Source of the DNA: Paenibacillaceae bacterium | Lineage (GTDB): Bacteria; Bacillota; Bacilli; Paenibacillales; JAWLCZ01 | Length of the DNA stretch: 24,000 nucleotides | Assembly: GCA_041686835.1 (NCBI GenBank) | Contig: JAWLCZ010000040.1 | Location: 1-24,000, forward strand | Direction: 5' to 3' | Made by a program: the position numbers and the translations under genes | Part shown: positions 23,471-24,000 of the stretch, one piece after another | Numbering within the stretch: position 1 is the first letter of the stretch | Layout: each line of letters opens with the position of its first letter | The notes under the pieces: model-generated | Told to the model about the DNA's origin: nothing | The model's database searches: none | Seen by the model: only the letters and a program-made list of their open reading frames with translations

Positions 23471-23902
23471 TTGTTGACGGCAATCATGATCGTCTGTTTT
23501 CTGCTGGTCAAGCTGGCCATGCCGATGTCCGGTTCGTTGAACGATAGATTTGCCGGGGCGGAGGGGTGGTGCTTGAATATCGACAGCCCTGTCGTCTACT
23601 TGAGCAAATTTTCCGTTCCCGACGGCAGTGAACGAGTTCATATGCGCATATGGCAGGAACAGGCCGCGAATCCCGTACGGTATTCCATCGTAAAAAGGAA
23701 GGGATTCGGCAGCCCGGCGTATTTCGCCAGTTTCACGGTTGCCGATAATTATCCCCGGTCCGGGCCGGCGTTTGAGCATTCGTTTGCGGACATTCCCCCC
23801 GGTTCCGGCTATGAAATCGAAGTGTACAATTACGGCGGCAGTTTATGTTACGGGCAGGTAAACGTCGATGTATGCCCGCACATGGACAATGATATGGACT
23901 GA
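23471..23902 (+). CDS. Hypothetical membrane-anchored or secreted protein (143 aa)
   Basis: TTG start 5 nt after a GGGAGGTG RBS (23458-23465). Hydrophobic N-terminus LTAIMIVCFLLVKLAMP. Coding-like GC3 bias. I recognise no family. Confidence 0.55.
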   Translation: MLTAIMIVCFLLVKLAMPMSGSLNDRFAGAEGWCLNIDSPVVYLSKFSVPDGSERVHMRIWQEQAANPVRYSIVKRKGFGSPAYFASFTVADNYPRSGPAFEHSFADIPPGSGYEIEVYNYGGSLCYGQVNVDVCPHMDNDMD

Positions 23903-24000
23903 TTCGTCAGATGGTGCTATCATGGACTTGGTAGATCGATGGATCGAACTTGTCAGAATACTACACGGTATGTGGGAAAGGCAGGAAAAGGCAATGAGGT

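Noticed and set aside
1-24000. A search for mobile elements, CRISPR arrays, tRNA/rRNA genes and classic defence-system genes.
   Set aside because: I found no transposase, integrase or recombinase-like ORFs and no long terminal inverted or direct repeats. I also saw no regularly spaced repeats and no obvious rRNA-like conserved blocks. The insertions relative to the Bacillus backbone have no visible mobility signatures.
23994-24000. A possible gene start (AGGAAAAGG, then ATG at 23994) at the extreme right edge.
   Set aside because: Only two codons fall inside the window, which is too little to support a call.

Overview
This is a GC-rich chromosomal segment with strong GC3 codon bias. Gene content suggests an endospore-forming Firmicute, probably Paenibacillaceae-like (inference). 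Most genes lie on the minus strand. Read right to left, they follow the conserved Bacillus-type backbone: holA, rpsT (convergent), gpr, spoIIP, yqxA-like, lepA, hemW (hemN), hrcA, grpE. To the right of holA lie an ECF sigma/anti-sigma pair, an SGNH hydrolase, a gerPA-gerPE spore germination operon, an Hsp20-like gene with a consensus sigmaK-type promoter, a KNTase-like nucleotidyltransferase, a crcB/fluC pair and three small unknown genes.

The notable departures from the backbone are:
1. A 511-aa thermosome-like (archaeal-type, group II/III) chaperonin sits between hrcA and grpE, behind a perfect CIRCE operator. This is the most unusual feature.
2. A three-gene accessory islet lies between lepA and hemW: an ArsR-like regulator, an alpha/beta hydrolase and a frameshifted APH-family phosphotransferase.
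3. An uncharacterised secreted 374-aa protein is inserted between gpr and spoIIP.
4. The gerP operon stops at gerPE, with no gerPF.
5. The crcB pair has no recognisable fluoride riboswitch, but a perfect palindrome lies over its candidate -10 box.

I saw no rRNA, tRNA, CRISPR array, transposase or integrase. Many long ORFs in the supplied track are antisense shadows of real genes. The track also accepts GTG/TTG starts, so several listed ORFs carry spurious N-terminal extensions; I trimmed these using RBS position.
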